Part shown: positions 33,305 to 44,784 of the stretch, one piece after another
Numbering within the stretch: position 1 is the stretch's first letter
Layout of the letters: each line of letters starts with the position of its first letter
Made by a program: the position numbers and the translations under genes
Notes under the pieces: model-generated
Told to the model about the DNA's origin: nothing
Seen by the model: only the letters and a program-made list of their open reading frames with translations
The model's database searches: none
DNA from: an uncultured Acidimicrobiia bacterium
Lineage (GTDB): Bacteria; Acidobacteriota; Terriglobia; Versatilivoradales; Versatilivoraceae
Assembly (NCBI GenBank): GCA_963786955.1
Contig: CAWBAT010000008.1
Coordinates: 288,001 to 352,000 of the forward strand
Length of the DNA: 64,000 nucleotides
Reading direction: 5' to 3'

Positions 33305-33393
33305 TGGTGCCGGAGGGGGGACTTGAACCCCCACGATGGGTGACCATCGCTAGATTTTGAGTCTAGTGCGTCTGCCAATTCCGCCACTCCGGC
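33305..33393 (-). tRNA. tRNA-Leu(CAA)
   Basis: Full cloverleaf: GCCGGAG acceptor stem, CTAGA-CTCAAAA-TCTAG anticodon arm, long variable arm, TTCAAGT loop, encoded CCA. Confidence 0.97.
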
Positions 33394-33684
33394 CTGGGAA
33401 AAATGCGGATCTACTGCGGTTTACAGCTGCCATCCAAGAAGGCCAACTGTAGAGCAGCCACTATAGTCGAATCACCGGAACGCGTCAAGCCACTGAGGAG
33501 GAAGCCAGGAGGGGGCCTGAAGAGGAATGCGAAACACCCAGGGGAAAAGGGTCAAGGCAGAAGAAATAGGGAACAGGGAACAAGGGAACAAGTGACTCGG
33601 AGAGCATCCGTCTGAACTGCAGATTTTCCCGGCGGGGCCTGCGACAACCCCCTTGCCCCCAGAAACTGTGAAGAAATTGGAAAA

Positions 33685-33763
33685 CGCCGCGTGGGGTCAC
33701 GCGGCCTACAATGATTTCAAAGGGCTTGCCACCGGTTTGTAGGCCGGGTCCCCTGACCCGGCG
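33685..33763. repeat. REP pair (GTAGGCC family, cognate to the RAYT)
   Basis: GTAGGCCGCGTGACCCCACGCGGCG (minus) and GTAGGCCGGGTCCCCTGACCCGGCG (plus). Confidence 0.8.
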
Positions 33764-33805
33764 CAATCTCCCTCCTAATCAACGTGGGGATGTGGCAATC
33801 AGATC

Positions 33806-34801
33806 TTACCAGCGAAAGATGGCGGCGCCCCAAGTCAACCCGGAGCCGAAAGCGGCCAGGACAACCACATCTCCCGAGTGAAGTCGACCCGCTTGGATGG
33901 CTTCATCCAGCGCAATGGGGATCGAGGCTGCCGTTGTATTGCCATATTTTTCGATGTTATTGAAAGTTTTCTCAATTGGGAGATTAAGAGCCTGACTAAC
34001 GGCTTCAACAATTCGCAGATTGGCCTGATGCAGAATGAGTAAACTGAGGTCTTTCAACTCGAGATGATTGGCGGAAAGGGCTTCATGGATGACTTCCTGA
34101 AAGCGTTCGACGGCCTGTTTAAACACAAACCGGCCATCCATTTTCGGGTAATGGCGTCCCTCTCGAAGCATCTCCTGGGAAATTCTTGGATGGCAAATGG
34201 AGGCAGGCGCCTCGAGCCAGAGCTTCTTGGCGTATCGCCCTTCAGCATGAAGATGGGTGGAAAGTAGATGTCCCTGGCCTTCGCCGGCGGGACCTAACAC
34301 GACGGCCCCTGCTCCGTCTCCGAAGAGAACTCCCATATCCCTTCCGTGAGTATTTAATTCGAGTCCGGTAGATTGGACCTCGGCTCCGACCAGCAGGATG
34401 CGACTGTACGTGCCTGTCCGGATGTACTGGTCTGCCACGGAAAGGCCGTAAATAAAGCCCGAACACTGGTTACGCACATCTAGAGCGCCAATTGGCTTGA
34501 TCCCCAGCTTTTCCTGCAGCAGACATCCGGAACCTGGAAACGTATAGTCCGGGGTGAGAGTCGCGAAGATAATAAAATCGATTTCATCAGGCTGGACCTG
34601 TGCTGCCTCGAGAGCTCGTAACGATGCCTGAAAGCCAAGATCCGCAGTGCCCTCTCCCTCTTCGACGAAGCGGCGTTCGCGGATACCCGTCCGCTGCTGA
34701 ATCCACTCTGTAGAAGTATCCATCAGCTTTTCGAGATCCGCATTGGTCACAACCCGCTTGGGAAGAAAAGATCCTGTTCCAAGAATTTTTGAACGCAACA
34801 C
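33806..34801 (-). CDS. fabH: 3-oxoacyl-ACP synthase III
   Basis: RTGIRERR, NQCSGF, LFGDGAGA, HQAN, GNTTAASIP; GTG start after CAGGAG. Confidence 0.93.
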   Translation of the reverse strand: MLRSKILGTGSFLPKRVVTNADLEKLMDTSTEWIQQRTGIRERRFVEEGEGTADLGFQASLRALEAAQVQPDEIDFIIFATLTPDYTFPGSGCLLQEKLGIKPIGALDVRNQCSGFIYGLSVADQYIRTGTYSRILLVGAEVQSTGLELNTHGRDMGVLFGDGAGAVVLGPAGEGQGHLLSTHLHAEGRYAKKLWLEAPASICHPRISQEMLREGRHYPKMDGRFVFKQAVERFQEVIHEALSANHLELKDLSLLILHQANLRIVEAVSQALNLPIEKTFNNIEKYGNTTAASIPIALDEAIQAGRLHSGDVVVLAAFGSGLTWGAAIFRW

Positions 34802-34919
34802 GGTAATCTCCTGAAATATTCCAAAGTCCAGGGTCTTAGGTCGGAAGTCAAAGGTCAAAGGACTAAGGTCGAATGTCGAAGACCCCAAGGTCATCAACTT
34901 CACATTCAAACGTGAAGAC

Positions 34920-35200
34920 TCAGTCCCCCGTCGACGACCAGGGCTTGCCCGGTAATGTAGTTATTGGGCTCGAGTAGAAAGCGGACGGCGCCCAGGCTAA
35001 ATCTTCCGGGCGGCCAAACCGCTGGACAGCCTTGTTTTCGACGAAGCGGTCATATTTTCCGGAACTGACCGAACTCTCGGCCATCCCGGCGATGGTCGCG
35101 CCTGGCGCCACGACATTGACCCGAATATAGTGACGGCCACCACTCCTGTCCAATATCCGCAGGCATGGACCAGGCAACTTGGGGGCAGCATAATTGAGTT
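34920..35200 (-). pseudogene. Short-chain dehydrogenase C-terminal fragment
   Basis: IRVNVVAPG...RFGRPEDLA only; no Rossmann N-terminus seen. Confidence 0.55.
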
Positions 35201-35879
35201 TTTTCAAAACCACGGTCCCTTGCATTAGGAGATCAGCACGGCTCCCGGCGACCGATTGATGAATCAAGTGTTCTCCAATTTCCCTGGCCAGCAACGGGCC
35301 TGCGAAATTGGATTCAAGGACTTCAGAAGGTCGGCAGCATCAGATCCTAAAGCAAGCGAGCAGGCTCTCCGATCAGGCCAGCCGGATGGCCGTTCCTCAA
35401 TCGTGTCGGTTGCGCCTGTAATGTTCCGGCAAAAGTTGAGTGCCGCCATTTCCCCGGGATTTTACCAAGCGCTCTCTAAACGATATCAACAATGGGGACG
35501 GCTTTCAAGCATCAAGGCAAAGAGCCGCGGATTGAGCCGTGGCTGCCTCCAAGCTTTCGCGAAAATTGCTCTGCGGTAATATGATTGATGGAATCGACAA
35601 CAGCCGATTACCCAGGCATTGTAGGCAACAATTCCTTAATTCAGAGTGTGTCATTTTCTGTACCTTGTCCAACCTTGAATCATCACGGAGAAAGCATTTG
35701 GAGGCCGTCCCCGAAATGCCTTGCCCCTGCGCCAAGGAATCAGAGTAGGGTCTTACTCGTTTTTACCACTAATTTACAGGCGTCGCCAAATTTTTAATGA
35801 ATGAGACAAGCAGAATTTCCGAAAAGGTTAGCAGGAGGATTCCCATGGTAAATGGGTCTCCCTCTGGAGTGTGATAGAG

Positions 35880-36130
35880 GGGGAATAACGACTGATCTGG
35901 GAGTTTCTCAATGAACGCGCTCAAGACGATCTTCTTCCTTTTTATAGTCACCATGCTTTCCTTTGACACAGCTTTGTTTCTGAACTGGGCTTTCTTATCC
36001 ATTCTGCTCAAAGCGATGGAGAAGGTCTCGAGTTCTCCAAAGGTAAGAGTTCCTTCCCGACTGATTTCCTGTCTCAAACTCCTGTGCCCTCAGTTTGACA
36101 GGTCCATGACTAATTGATAACATGCCTTTT
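35880..36130 (-). pseudogene. Possible degenerate HU/IHF-like gene
   Basis: LRQEISREGTLTFGELETFSI...RN...VTIKRKKIV weakly resembles the HU arm pattern. Confidence 0.25.
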
Positions 36131-36224
36131 TGACTTTGGTGGGATGACAAGCTTTTATAGGGCTGACGGTCATTTTCTCCTTCCTGAGGAACTCTCTTCC
36201 CAGACCCATTTTGGAGGCATTCAT

Positions 36225-36938
36225 TTGGCGCGGCTGACACGACATGAAATCCTGAAAGAAGACCATTTTCTGCTTGCGGTAGAAAAAATCCGTGATTTCT
36301 TTCTGACACGACGAAAAGCAGTTTTATTGGGCGCGGGGGTTTTTGGAGTTGTCCTCGTGCTTGTCCTCGGGCTTCGCTATGCGCTGGCAACGCAAGACGA
36401 AAAATCGAAAGATGCCTTGAGCAATGCGCTCAAGCACTTCCATGGTCCATTGACCGGTTCTCCAGAGGCACCCAATGTCGATGTGAGTTTTCTTACCGAG
36501 AACCAGAAATTCGAAAAGGCCCTAGCGGAGTTTCAGACTGTCGGTTCGCGCTATGCCTCACGCCCGGCAGGCAAGATCGCAAAGTACTATTCGGGTCTTT
36601 GTCTTAGGAATCTCAATAGGACCGACGAAGCGATCAAGGAATTGGAACCCTTGAGTAGAGAGAAATCCGATTACGGGGCCTTGGCTCTGGAAGTGCTTGG
36701 ATCGATTTATGAGAACTCAGGGAATACGGCAAAGGCCATTGAGGTTTATCAAAAACTCGTTGCGAATGATGCCCCTGCTGCTCCGAACAGTTTGGATTTA
36801 CTACACTTGGCTAAGCTGTATGAGCAGCAGAACAACTCTGCAGAGTCAGTCAAGATCTACCAGCGAGTGATCAAAGAATTTCCTGGGAGCTCTTATGCCA
36901 GTGACGCGGAACAGAAGTTGAAACAACTTTCTCGATAG
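36225..36938 (+). CDS. Membrane-anchored TPR protein (YfgM-like)
   Basis: GGAGG RBS, N-terminal TM helix, TPR repeats. Confidence 0.75.
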   Translation: MARLTRHEILKEDHFLLAVEKIRDFFLTRRKAVLLGAGVFGVVLVLVLGLRYALATQDEKSKDALSNALKHFHGPLTGSPEAPNVDVSFLTENQKFEKALAEFQTVGSRYASRPAGKIAKYYSGLCLRNLNRTDEAIKELEPLSREKSDYGALALEVLGSIYENSGNTAKAIEVYQKLVANDAPAAPNSLDLLHLAKLYEQQNNSAESVKIYQRVIKEFPGSSYASDAEQKLKQLSR

Positions 36939-37063
36939 CCTCTCATCCAGGCAGCGGCCCTTCCCACTATACGGCGTAAGTTGGCGGAAAAGTGGGGCTA
37001 AGCTCACAGTTCCCCGGGACAGCTCTCAAGGTAAGAACAGTCCATCCTCTCTTAATTCCCCTC

Positions 37064-38106
37064 ATGAGTACTCCTATCCGGCAATTGATTGAGTCTCGCG
37101 AAGAAAAAATTCTTGCACCTCAGGCTGCGTTGAGCTCACGAACACGAGGCCGCGCAAAGAAAGAGGAAGAATGTCCCATTCGGACCGCTTTTCAGCGCGA
37201 CCGGGATCGCATTCTTCATTCCAAAGCGTTCCGCCGTTTGAAACACAAGACTCAAGTCTTTCTCTCTCCTGAAGGGGACCATTACCGGACGCGTCTCACC
37301 CATACGCTTGAGGTTACACAGATAGCTCGGACGATCAGCCGCGCCCTTCGATTGAATGAAGATCTGACGGAGGCCATTGGCCTGGGCCATGACTTGGGCC
37401 ATACACCCTTTGGACATGCAGGGGAAGCGATTCTGAGCGAAATTGTCCCCGGGGGATTTCGACATTATGAACAAAGTCTTCGCGTCGTTGAGAAATTAGA
37501 AGCGAATGGTGAGGGTCTCAATCTCACTTGGGAAGTTCGTGACGGGATAGTGAAACACTCTAAAGGTGCAGGCGCGGTCTTTACCAAACAAGACAAAGGC
37601 CGCCCCGCTACTCTTGAAGGTCAGGTGGTTACGAGTCTCCGATATCATTGCCTATGTGAATCACGACTTGGACGATGCAGTCCGCTCAGGGTTAATTAAG
37701 ACCAAAGACATACCCAAGCACATCATTGAAATACTCGGCAATAGCCATTCGAAACGAATCAATACACTCGTGAGCAATGTTATTTATTCTAGCCTGAATC
37801 AGGATCTCCAAGCGGTGACCATGGATGAAGATGTATTGAAGGCGATGCTGGATCTCCGCCAGTTTCTCTATCAAACGGTATACGAACTGAGCATTCCCCA
37901 AGCTGAATTCCTCAAGGCCAAGAAAATCCTGAATGACGTCTTTGTTCATGTTCTTCAACATCCCGAAGACCTTCCTTCCCAGGCTCCAGTCAAAGGGTGA
38001 TTCCATCGAACAGATGACTACCGATTTCGTGGCGGGCATGACGGACCGGTATGCGATCCGTCTCTACGAAAAACTGTTCCTCCCTAAGGTCTGGAATTTA
38101 TTGTGA
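37064..38106 (+). CDS. dgt: Deoxyguanosinetriphosphate triphosphohydrolase (indels)
   Basis: [39 protein letters not shown]. Confidence 0.92.
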
Positions 38107-38153
38107 AGCTGAAGGCCCGGTGCCCTCACTACAAAGGCAAGGGGTTATTGTTG

Positions 38154-38275
38154 GTAGGGCGGTTTCGCCGAAACCGCCGATTGGCGGCGCGTACGGCGTG
38201 CACGCCCTACCAAAAGCGGGTGCAGGCGTCCAGCGTGCGCCACAACCTTGTGCTGCGGGCCCCTAGCCTGCTCTC
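38154..38275. repeat. REP doublet (GTAGGGCG family) plus adjacent GTGG-type REP pair
   Basis: Near-identical to 46466-46522; the adjacent part is the reverse complement of part of the 130-bp unit at 58.3 kb. Confidence 0.75.
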
Positions 38276-38457
38276 TGAGTTACCCGTCCAAACCATTTGA
38301 GCGGACCACCCTTTCCAAACGGTTTCTAAACTGTTAGGATCTACGCTTGATATTTGCATTCCTCCTTTTTCTGAATACTCATCGTCTGATCATTCCGATC
38401 GATATTGTGCAAGAAGAAACAAGGCGCTTGGATCGGCAAAGGCTTGTCCCTTGACCC

Positions 38458-39937
38458 TTGCACCTTGCTCCTTATCGACAGGAGGCACTTACGAGCAAAG
38501 CCGCTGAAGTCGAACTGGTCAAAGGATTGGGACTGATCGATGCCACGATGTTGATTGTGGGATCAATGATCGGTTCTGGGATCTTTATCGTGACAGCCGA
38601 TATTGCAAGAGCGGTCGAGTCTCCCGGCCTTCTCCTTTTAGTCTGGATCCTGGGCGGTGCAATGACGGTCATGAGTGCTCTCAGTTACGGGGAACTGTCT
38701 GCAGCCATGCCCAAAGCCGGAGGGCAGTATGTGTTCCTGAAGGAAGCCTATGGCCGGCTTTGGGGATTTCTCTACGGGTGGACCCTTTTCCTTGTGATTC
38801 AAACCGGAACCATCGCGGCCGTGGCCGTGGGATTCTCGAGATATCTCGGGGTGTTCGTCCCTCTTACTCATGTTTTCTATCAAACAAACATTTTTGGGCG
38901 AGCCATTGTGGTTGACCTGAAACAAATTGTCGCTGTGACCGTGATCTTGTTTCTCTCCTTTATTAATTGCTTCGGGATCCGTCTCGGTGCCCATGTTCAA
39001 AATGTTTTTACTTTTCTCAAAATATTCGCGTTACTGGCTCTGATCGTGCTCGGACTAGGTTTTTCGGCGGGAGCTTGGGCTCACTTCTTGCCCTTCTTTC
39101 CTCATCTGGATTCGATCCATCAGATTGTCATGCAATTTAGAAGCTCTGCCTCTCCATTACTCAATTCCGACTCGACTTTTCTAAACCTGGTTCTCTTGAT
39201 TGGCGTGGCAATGATTGGTGCGTTGTTCTCGGCGGATGCTTGGAATAATCTGACTTTTACAGCCGGCGAAGTCAAAAATCCTTCGCGGACTTTGCCTCTA
39301 GCCCTTTTTAGCGGGACATTTCTGGTCTCTTTACTTTATGTGTTGGTCAACATCGGATACCTTCACGTCTTGCCTGTCGCAGAAATCGCCAAAACCGACA
39401 AGATCGCTGCGACCGTTGCGAATGTTGTGCTGGGGCCAATTGGCAATCGCCTGGTTTCTTTTGCTATTTTAGTTTCCACCTTTGGATGCTTAAACGGGAT
39501 TATCCTATCGGGTCCGAGAGTTTATTATGCCATGGCTCGAGATCAGCTTTTTTTTGCGAGAGTGGCCGAGATCCATCCGCGCTTCCGAACCCCCATCAAG
39601 TCTTTGGCACTGCAAGCAGTTTGGGCCTCTTTATTGACTCTGAGCGGAACCTACAGCCAACTGCTCAGCTACGTCATTTCCGCGGCCTTGTTGTTCTATA
39701 TCTCTGACGGTTTACGGAGTGATCGTGCTTCGCCGATCAAGACCCGACTTGAATCGTCCTTACCGAACCGTAGGATATCCTTATCTCCCCATAGTCTATG
39801 TTGGGTTGGCCGCCATTGTATTGGCTTGTAATTTAGTGGGTGATCCGAAGAACTCCTGGCCTGGTCTCGCGATCATCTTCTTAGGCCTGCCGGCATATTT
39901 TTATTGGAACCGGAAACAAGACCGCTCGGTACTTTAA
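38458..39937 (+). CDS. APC family amino acid permease (one indel)
   Basis: GSMIGSGIF, ELSAAMPKAGGQY, GEVKNP, RPYRTVGYP. Confidence 0.9.
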
Positions 39938-40006
39938 GAGTTTGAGTTACGGGAACGCAAAAGTGTTTGAATGAGTGCACTGTTACACAAATTCATGGCA
40001 ATTGCT

Positions 40007-40059
40007 GTAGCCGGGGTCGTTGACCCCGGCCACAGGCCGGCCTCAGCGAGGCCAGCTAC
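40007..40059. repeat. REP doublet (GTAGCCGGGGTC family)
   Basis: gtagccggggtcgttgaccccgg...ccggcctcagcgaggccagctac. Confidence 0.75.
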
Positions 40060-40206
40060 AACAAGGGCTTCGGCAACTGGGTACTAACCTGGAATTTGAC
40101 GGATCCAAATTCTCCAGCCGAGTACAGGGTACTTAGTTCCACCGTTATTATTGATTATTTCGATTTGCTGTCCCACGTGTGGAGAAAATGAGGACCGGAG
40201 GAGTAC

Positions 40207-41704
40207 ATGTCCATTTTTGCGACCAAGTCTATTGAACAGATCAGAATAGAGGCTGCCGCCAGCGGAGAGCACAGTCTAAAGCGGGTTCTCGGACCAGTCA
40301 ATCTGGTCACTCTGGGAATCGGGGCGATCATCGGTACGGGCATCTTTGTACTGACGGGACAAGCCGCAGCCGCCCACGCCGGGCCGGCCATCGTATTCTC
40401 GATGATTTTGGCTGGATTTGTCAGCGCTTTGGCCGGGTTATGTTACTCCGAGTTTGCCTCCACCGTTCCGATCGCCGGTTCGGCCTATACTTATGGTTAT
40501 GCCACCCTGGGGGAATTTGTGGCCTGGATCATCGGTTGGGACTTAATCCTGGAATATGCGTTGGGGGCTGCCACCGTGGCTGTCGGCTGGTCTGGATACT
40601 TAATTAGTATCCTTCACGATTTTGGAATTCAATTCCCAGCGGCTTTAAGCGCCGCCCCCGGAACCCTGGTTCACCTTGCAGATGGCGGAACGGTAACGGC
40701 TGTATTCAATCTCCCAGCGGTTCTTGTCACCATTGCAGTGACCATCTTACTGGTCATTGGGATTCAGGAATCCGCCAATGTCAATAGCGTGATCGTGATC
40801 ATTAAAGTCTTCGTGGTATTGGCGGTGATTGCGGCCGGGGCACGTTTCATCAATCCGGCCAATTGGCATCCTTTTATCCCCGAGAACCAGGGATAGTTTC
40901 GGCGATTACGGATGGAGCGGCATTTTTCGCGGAGCGGCGGTCATCTTTTTTGCTTATATTGGATTTGACGCCGTCTCGACGGCGGCCCAGGAAGCCAAAA
41001 ATCCCCAGCGGGATATGCCCATCGGCATTCTCGGGTCTTTGATCATCTGCACGGTGCTCTACGTGCTGGTCTCTGGAGTTATGGTCGGATTGGTTCCTTA
41101 TAAGCAATTGGGTGTGGCGGCTCCTATGGCGGTGGCTATTGATGCCGCCAGTGTCGCAGCCGCTGGAACCTCTTGGGAAGGATTTTTAAAGCTCATGCCC
41201 ATCGTTGTTAAATTGGGCGCTTTGGCTGGATTGAGTTCTGTGATGGTAGTGATGATGCTGGGGCAGCCACGGATTTTCTTTTCCATGGCCAACGATGGGC
41301 TGCTTCCTGCCTGGGCGAAGAAGGTTCATCCGAAGTTTCGGACCCCTTACGTAACCACGATCGTGACCGGACTTGGCGTCGCTATTGCATCCGGATTTAC
41401 TCCCATTAAGATCCTTGGAGAACTTGTTAGTATTGGGACCTTGATGGCGTTCGTGATCGTGTCCATTGGAGTCATCTTCCTAAGGTATAACCGGCCGGAG
41501 TTGGAGCGGCCCTTCAGGACGCCGCTGGTCCCGCTGATCCCCATTGTTTCCGCCCTCATCAGCCTGGTTCTCATGGCTAGTTTGCCCAAGGAAACCTGGG
41601 AACGCCTGATTATCTGGATGGTGATTGGAGTGGTGCTTTATTTTTCCTACGGATTCAGCCATAGCGAGTTGCGGAAGAGAGAAGATCGCGTAATAAAACC
41701 TTAG
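40207..41704 (+). CDS. Amino acid permease, cationic amino acid transporter-like (one indel)
   Basis: GAIIGTGIF, GSAYTY, FAYIGFD, EAKNPQRDMP. Confidence 0.9.
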
Positions 41705-41745
41705 CGCTCTGGTTCATCAATATACTGACGTATTATTTAGATGGG

Positions 41746-41801
41746 CGCCGCGTGTGGTCACGCGGCCTACAACATTGTAGGCCGGCTGACCTCAGCCGGC
41801 G
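41746..41801. repeat. REP pair upstream of RAYT
   Basis: GTAGGCCGCGTGACCACACGCGGCG (minus) and GTAGGCCGGCTGACCTCAGCCGGCG (plus). Confidence 0.85.
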
Positions 41802-41821
41802 TCGCTTCTTAAGAGACGAAT

Positions 41822-42349
41822 GTGAACGCGACTCCTCGTTACCCTCACCGTCTACGCCGATTGGGTGAAGTTTGGATTGACGGAGGTCTTCCTCGTTACT
41901 TCATAACCATTTGTGTTGCGGAACGGAACAATGTTCTTGCCAATGACGTCGTCTATTCTCTCTTGGTCGTTTTTTTGCTAGGCAGCCCAAAACGATATCG
42001 TTGGTGGCCAAAACGCTTTGTGGTCATGCCTGATCATTTACATCTGATTGTTCAGCAAGGAAACAATTGTGTTTCACTGGGTCAGTGGATAAAAGCGATG
42101 AAAAGTTTTATTCGATCAAGTAGGGGGCATTGTAGGCCCGGTGACCGCACCGGGCGCCAAGAACTTTGGAGATGGCAGACCGGATTCTTCGACCACGTAT
42201 TACGGAATGATGAAAGTGAATCTGAAAAATGGAACTACGTTCTCATGAATCCGGTGCGTGCGGGTCTTGCAGAACGCCCCGAAGATTGGCCATACGGAAG
42301 TCAGATAGTTTACGATGAAAATGGTCCTCGGCTGATCTCCTCAACATAG
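41822..42349 (+). CDS. REP-associated tyrosine transposase (RAYT / TnpA-REP)
   Basis: YFITIC, VVMPDHLH (HUH), WQTGFFDH, YVLMNPVRAGL, WPYGS; flanked by REPs. Confidence 0.9.
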   Translation: MNATPRYPHRLRRLGEVWIDGGLPRYFITICVAERNNVLANDVVYSLLVVFLLGSPKRYRWWPKRFVVMPDHLHLIVQQGNNCVSLGQWIKAMKSFIRSSRGHCRPGDRTGRQELWRWQTGFFDHVLRNDESESEKWNYVLMNPVRAGLAERPEDWPYGSQIVYDENGPRLISST

Positions 42350-42457
42350 CCGAAGTCAGTAGGAAATATTTCAGGATCGCTGGGTCATGACCCGGCCTTC
42401 AACGCCACCGATTTTAGGTAATGCAACGGAAGATTGTTTAGAAAGGAACGATAGAAG

Positions 42458-43663
42458 ATGCACAAAAAAAATGCTCCAACCAACACACTAAAGTGGGTCT
42501 TTCCATTTGCTTTTCTGGTCCTGAGTTCAGTCTTTTTAGTTTGGGCTGGAATAGGGGAATGTTTCTTGGGCTAAGGCCAGCGGATCCCAGTACTTAGTCT
42601 ATGTGGGCACATATACGGGTTCGACAAAGCGAGAGTAAAGGAATCTATGCTTTTCGAATGGATACCGCAACGGGGAGCTTGACCCCACTCGGACTGGCGG
42701 CTGAGACATCAGCCCAGGATTTCTGGCAGTCCACCCCAACGGCCGTTTCCTCTACGCCGTCAATGAAGTTTGCGAGATCGACGGAAAGAAAGGGGGCGCC
42801 GTACGCGGATTCACTCTCGATTCCAGCACGGGCAAGCTTACCTTGATGAACTGGCAGCCCTCCAAAGGGATCAATCCCTGTTATCTGACGGCAGATAAAA
42901 CGGGGAAAACCATTCTGGTGGCTAATTATGGCGGGACCGCCGCCGCCTTCCCGATTCAACCGGATGGTCATCTGAATGAGGCGTCATCCGTGATGGAACA
43001 TAAAGGATCCAGCACCGATCCGGCACGCCAAGAAGGTCCCCATCCGCATGGGATTTACCTAGACCCGGCCAATCATTTTGCGGTTGTGCCCGACCTGGGG
43101 CAAGACAAAGTACTGGTTTACCGTTTTGATTCCGCCCGGGGAACCCTTGTCGCAAACAATCCTCCTTTTGTTTCCCTGAAGCCTGGAGCCGGGCCGCGCC
43201 ATTTTGCCTTCCACCCAAAGGCGCGTTATGCCTACGTCATCAACGAGCTCAACTCGACCATCACCGCTTTTTCATACGATTCTTCGAAGGGGATTCTGAC
43301 AGAGATTCAGACCCTCTCGACTCTTCCTGCAGAGTTCAAAGGGAAGAATACGACGGCTGAAATTGCGGTCCATCCCTCGGGCAAATTCCTTTATGGCTCG
43401 AACCGAGGACATGACAGTATTGCCGTTTTTCAAATTGATCCAAGAAAGGGACCCTCACCCCTGCTCAGATCCAGTCTACGCTCGGCAAAACACCTCGCAA
43501 TTTTGGCATCGATCCGACAGGCAAATTTCTCTTAGCTGCCAATCAGGATTCCAATACTCTGGTGGTCTTTAAGATCGACCCGAATACCGGACATCTGACT
43601 CCGACCGGTGCACCAGTAAATGTGCCCAAGCCTGCCTGCGTGGTTTTTGTGCCGGTGAAATAA
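42458..43663 (+). CDS. Lactonase family protein (6-phosphogluconolactonase-like), several indels
   Basis: VGTY, ANY, HPHG, DLG, GPRH, SNRGHDSI, ANQDS. Confidence 0.88.
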
Positions 43664-43754
43664 CAGTGGGACGAATCCGGCCGAGGGTCTTGAAGCGCCA
43701 AGGGCGCGAGCGGCCCGTTAGGAACAGCCACACTTCGGAATCCAACGAGAAAGG

Positions 43755-44508
43755 CTATTGGCCGAGATGCGCAATGGCACTTCGCAGCGGAGCACTCGAA
43801 ATCTGGATCAATCCTGCTAAGGGATCATACATTTCCAGGATCAAGAAAATCACACCCGAGACGGATAAGGCGCATAGAAACAAGGTAGCGATGACAGTTG
43901 CGTTCGGAGGGGTGTGCAGACCGAAGCTGATGAAGGTAATGGACAGGCGAGAAAACGATCACGACCAGGAGAGGCAAGGACATCGAGCTACCTGTTGTGC
44001 GAACATCAACATGCGTCTTTGTCCGAGTCAAACGCCATATTTAACGCGCGGGCCTGAAGGGAGCGTTGAGTATCGGTCGTGGGTGAGAGTTCCTGAATCA
44101 TGTCATAGAGGTATTCGGACTTGGACTTCGCCGGGTCCAATTGGGAATGTTTTGAACGGTCTTCCGGCCATATCCGTTCGAGCGTACTGGACAACGCTGC
44201 CGCGCAAGAGATCACGGACTTCCTTCGCTTCAGGCCCATAATGCGCCAGAACGCGATCCAGAGATGATCTCGGCAGACATCTCCGTCATTTCGCGGCTTT
44301 GCGTGTCATAAGAGCCTTTTGCCGAAGCAACCAGCAGACCCAGAACAAGGCCAGTCATCGCCGCGATCGTTCCCATCCCCAGCTTTACAAGATCTCTAGA
44401 AGAGGTATTCAGATGATCCTCGGGCAGAACAGTGCGAAGAAAAACACCAAACAAAGACCCTCCAAAAACGCAAACGAATACAATCAAGCTAATTGCAATG
44501 GGATTCAT
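43755..44508 (-). CDS. DUF4239-like membrane protein (indels)
   Basis: LPEDHL..SRDLVKLGMG, LVLGLLVASAKGSY; C-terminal ISSAPLR. Confidence 0.7.
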
Positions 44509-44784
44509 AATCCAACTCTCCCGAAGACCGTTTGGTCCCTTTCTGCTTTTAAGGCGCCAACCCAATGATTATCGCTACGAGTGCGCAGGTGCTGCGCAGC
44601 AGATCCCCCCTTTTAGCACTAATGGATTTGATTCTCAATCCAATTACAAAGTTTCAGAAGCCCTTGTTGTAAATTGCCCCACTAGGGTCGGCGGAAGGTC
44701 AGCGGCCTCTCTAGCGCCGGCCGGAGTCGGCGACCCATGAGCGCTAACTTTATAAGGCTTTCCTCACCTGCCGCCGGAAGAACG

